DNA from: Eledone cirrhosa
Lineage: Eukaryota
Reading direction: 5' to 3'
DNA length: 64,000 bases
Assembly (NCBI GenBank): GCA_964016885.1
Contig: OZ024751.1
Span: forward strand, 44,268,001-44,332,000
Shown here: piece after piece, positions 60,461 through 64,000 of the stretch
Position numbering within the stretch: position 1 is the stretch's first letter
Layout: each line of letters starts with the position of its first letter
Program-made: the position numbers and the translations under genes
Notes under the pieces: model-generated
The model's input: only the letters and a program-made list of their open reading frames with translations
What the model was told of the DNA's origin: nothing
Database searches by the model: none

Positions 60461-62279
60461 TAAAAACAATAACAACAACAACATTAGTAGCAGCAGCAAC
60501 AACAATAATACCCCACAATCGTTATTTGAAATACTCTCTTTTCTCCATGAATTCTATTTAATTCTGGCAACTTCACGATCCACCACACATTGTTCTTGGG
60601 TCAGGCTAGGTGAGTAGAGGCCCACGACCAAGAGGTCGTTCACATGTAAGAAACTATTTTATTGTTAATGTGAAATTTGTTTTTGTAATCGGATCGTATC
60701 TGAATTTCGTTTGAAATATCCTAGTGAATTTGATATGCATCATTGATCAGTCACTAGTTTGTCTTGACAAAAAAGGTTGTTTATGGGTAGGGATGCCTCG
60801 TTCTGGGTGTGTTCTTCCGTCCTACCCTGCTTCATATCCTTCCCAATACTATGTTTGTCTTAAAGAAAGATGTTTGGTTTCGCATGTCTAAGAAAGCCTC
60901 TCCAACTGTTCCTTGAATAAAACAAAGACGACTCACGGGGTCTTGGAAAGACATCCGTATGTCACGATTTTTCTGACTCGTGCCTGGGTAATAGATATTG
61001 TTGTTATTTTGCCTCAGATCATCTTTGATCCACGGACACATGATCAAAACCTTTACAGCCTTGACCATTTTAACTACCTTTTTAAAACAATAAAAATTAA
61101 AAATATCCTGAATCACACTAAACAATATTTACTCCCCATGTAAGAAAACAGTGCCTGTGAAATGAATAATAATTGGCTGCTATTTCTAGCAGCATGAGGT
61201 AACAGCAAAGCGGCTCACTCATTGGCTAATATTTTCTTGTTTAAACCTAATATAAATAATAAAAAAGAACAAGGGCGGTGGAATGACGACAGAAACAGTA
61301 GAATACCCGTTGTTATAGCCGTAATTGTTGTTTAATCCCTAATCAATCTTGATTGAGCAGATTTACAATGAAATATGTTCAAGCCTTGAAAATGCTGTTT
61401 GTTTCTTCACCCAGTGACTGCACTGTTCAATCTATCAAAATACGGTGCCCACTACAACTCCTTAAGGATTAAGGAACCATAGCATGGCAGAGACATAAAA
61501 AGAAAACATTACTAAGTAAGCCCTTCCATATATTTTAAGATAGTAGGAGGTGGTGAGAGAGAGAGTTGGGCGTTGTTTCCAGCAAGTCAAACAAGTATGT
61601 AATAGCTAATAGTGATTTGTAAGAATAAAAGCATTTTAGTAGTCTATACCCGCTCCCCAAACAATATTAGGTGGCCTTATACCAGTGTCAAACATCGATC
61701 GGTATTGCTATTTTACTTTTTTACCTGTTTCAGTTCACGGGCTTTTCCCAAGCTGGAGCACCATCATTGGTAAAATATAGCCTTCTGCATAAAGATGGGG
61801 TTTGAAACCACAATATTCGCCTCCGGAAACTGACTGATTGGACATGAGCCTGCAAACTCTCTGACTCCGGATTAAAGAACTCACACAACTATATCAAAGT
61901 TAAAGTTTGTCTCCAACAATATTTACAGATTTCAGTATTTTCTATTTTCTGGATCGTGGCTATGTCTCTACTTAAAAACAGTCTGCCTATGTCTATATAG
62001 AAATGGCTGGTTCCCATTCCAGTTAAACTATGTAAAATTATTTAAATGGACACGTCTTAACTGCCATAACCTTTTTGTGTATTTTTAAATATGTAATAGC
62101 CTAAACGAATATCACTTTAAAGAATTATTATCCTTTGATACTCTATTATTGATCTGTAACTTCTGATCGTGTCAAAGAAGTAATGTAGTGACACACGACG
62201 TTTCTTGGATGTGTTAAATATGGTAGAGCTCATCCATTTCCAGATCTGAACATAGATGATTTCTATGAGAGAAAGGAAG

Positions 62280-62425
62280 TGATATAGAGGAAGAATCGAC
62301 CCCAGTACTGAACTGGTACTTTTCTTATTGACCTCGGCGAGATTTGAGCTTAGCGACCAAAATATCGGAACGAATATCGCAAAGCATTCTATCGGACGTT
62401 CTTACGTCTCTGAAATTTCACCGCT
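62280..62425 (-). mobile_element. Diverged SINE
   Basis: Similar to 48550-48717. Confidence 0.7.
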
Positions 62426-63016
62426 TCACTATGCTACATCTATTTCAATTATTAAAGTATTATTTTTAGGCCAGCCAGGGAAATACATGCCTAGCTTTCT
62501 CTGTCTGTGCTTTCTGGTACAGTTTGATACGTAAAAACTGGGTCACTAGGACACAAAAGTTGCAAGTAATTATGAAACCAACTCAGAACAAATAATTTCT
62601 ACAATGTCATCATCACAGCCGAGTCTCTTGATTAGTCACAGCGTGGCGTGCATTAACTGTCTGCGGATATGTTTGAGGAAATATTTTACAAACTGCAAAT
62701 ATGATTTAGACCCGGTACAAATTTTCGAATTATTTTCATGGTTTGAGGAAAGAGGATCATTTAGTTAGGTGAAGATGGAGGGTTCGGTCGTTTCGTACGG
62801 AAAAGTATTGAATTTGTAATGTTGAATGACCTAATTCACCCTGTCGTATATCGTTGCTAGGATGGCATGTGTCTTTATTTCTTGCATTATATTAGAGTCA
62901 CATGCATATTTCTTTCTGTAATGAAAGTGACAAACGAAAGCACACACACACAAGAGTGAGAGAACCGCAAGTCTGATCAGCTATCGGTTCCAGAGTCTGG
63001 TGCGATGGATACCAAT

Positions 63017-63157
63017 TGTGCCACGAGTTGATCGATCACGAAACGCGTCACACGCGAATAAACAGTGATGTTTTGATACCTCATTCCTACTTATATATAG
63101 GAAAAGATTCAGGACCCCGACGGCTGAGCACCGGCCGTTTCGACAGCTAGATCCGAA

Positions 63158-63160
<3 letters not shown>
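63017..63160. mobile_element. Degenerate hammerhead-like pLTR end followed by a family D fragment
   Basis: GUUGAU-CG-AUCAC GAAA CGCG UC|ACAC with a decayed 5' core (CCACGA), AATAAA downstream; family D motif at 63098-63160. Confidence 0.45.
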
Positions 63161-63210
<50 letters not shown>

Positions 63211-64000
63211 AAACCATTATAAATACACCGTCGTCTGCTGAAGGACGGAAGGGGGATTCATGCCCTGCACATGCTTCTGTTCATTTATTTTATCACATGC
63301 CATACTTGTGAATGAATCTCCCGCACACACATACACACACAAAGAAAAAATAATTATAAAGTAACAAAGAATTATATATTTTTATTTTATTTATTAAAAT
63401 CGTTTTAAATATCTTTTTTTTTTAAAGTTTATTTTCACGTATATTTAGTATTTTCATCTATTTTCGCGTATATATAGTATTTTCATCTATTTTCTCTCTT
63501 CTGATGTTATAACATTTTTTGTTGCTGTTATTATATCATCATCCTTTTTATTATCTTTTAATATTAACACCAGTTCGTCGTCAGTATCTCATGCGTCATT
63601 AGGAATACACAGACAAAAACATACGCACACATACATCGACATTTATACACACCCATAGCATATACGCACACATACATACAGACATTTATACACATACATA
63701 CACACTGATATTGTTTCAATTGTCAAGATAAAGAATAAAAACAAGAAAAACATATATATCTTAAAAATACATATAAACAAACAAAAAATTATATATTAGT
63801 CCTTTTCCGTATTATTATTATTAATGGCGGTAGATTAGAGGAATCGGCAGAGCGCCGGACAAAATGTCTTTGCTATAGTGTGATTATGTTTATTTAAGTT
63901 TTTTTTTGTTTTTTTGTTTGACAAAGACAACAGTCTTTTATCCATCCAAGTACGACAAAAATAAGTACCAGTCAATTAGTGAATTCAAATATTATTCGAT

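Overview
Eukaryotic, repeat-saturated DNA with no host protein-coding gene that I can support. Almost all ORF-track entries are read-throughs of (TA)n, (CA)n, (GA)n, (CCA)n or tandem repeats. The SINE families, Dong/R4 and RTE remnants and extreme microsatellite density point to an Octopus-like cephalopod genome (inference from recall, not a database hit). The window holds many tRNA-derived SINEs, LINE remnants (Dong/R4, RTE, Tx1/L1-like), a Helitron, mariner and hAT MITEs, and three large arrays: 27 x 45 bp SINE heads, about 10 kb of a 21-bp minisatellite, and 26 x 161 bp. The main discovery is a set of short non-coding modules inserted in (TA)n tracts, often as foldbacks or partial tandems. 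Several carry complete type-I hammerhead ribozyme folds with covarying stems, as expected for Penelope-like pseudo-LTRs or retrozymes. The 161-bp satellite monomer also contains a hammerhead-shaped motif with a non-canonical U3/U8 core and a self-complementary stem III, making it a candidate tandem non-LTR retrozyme array. Coordinates were counted by eye; boundaries of degenerate repeats are approximate. Family letters A-F are my own labels.
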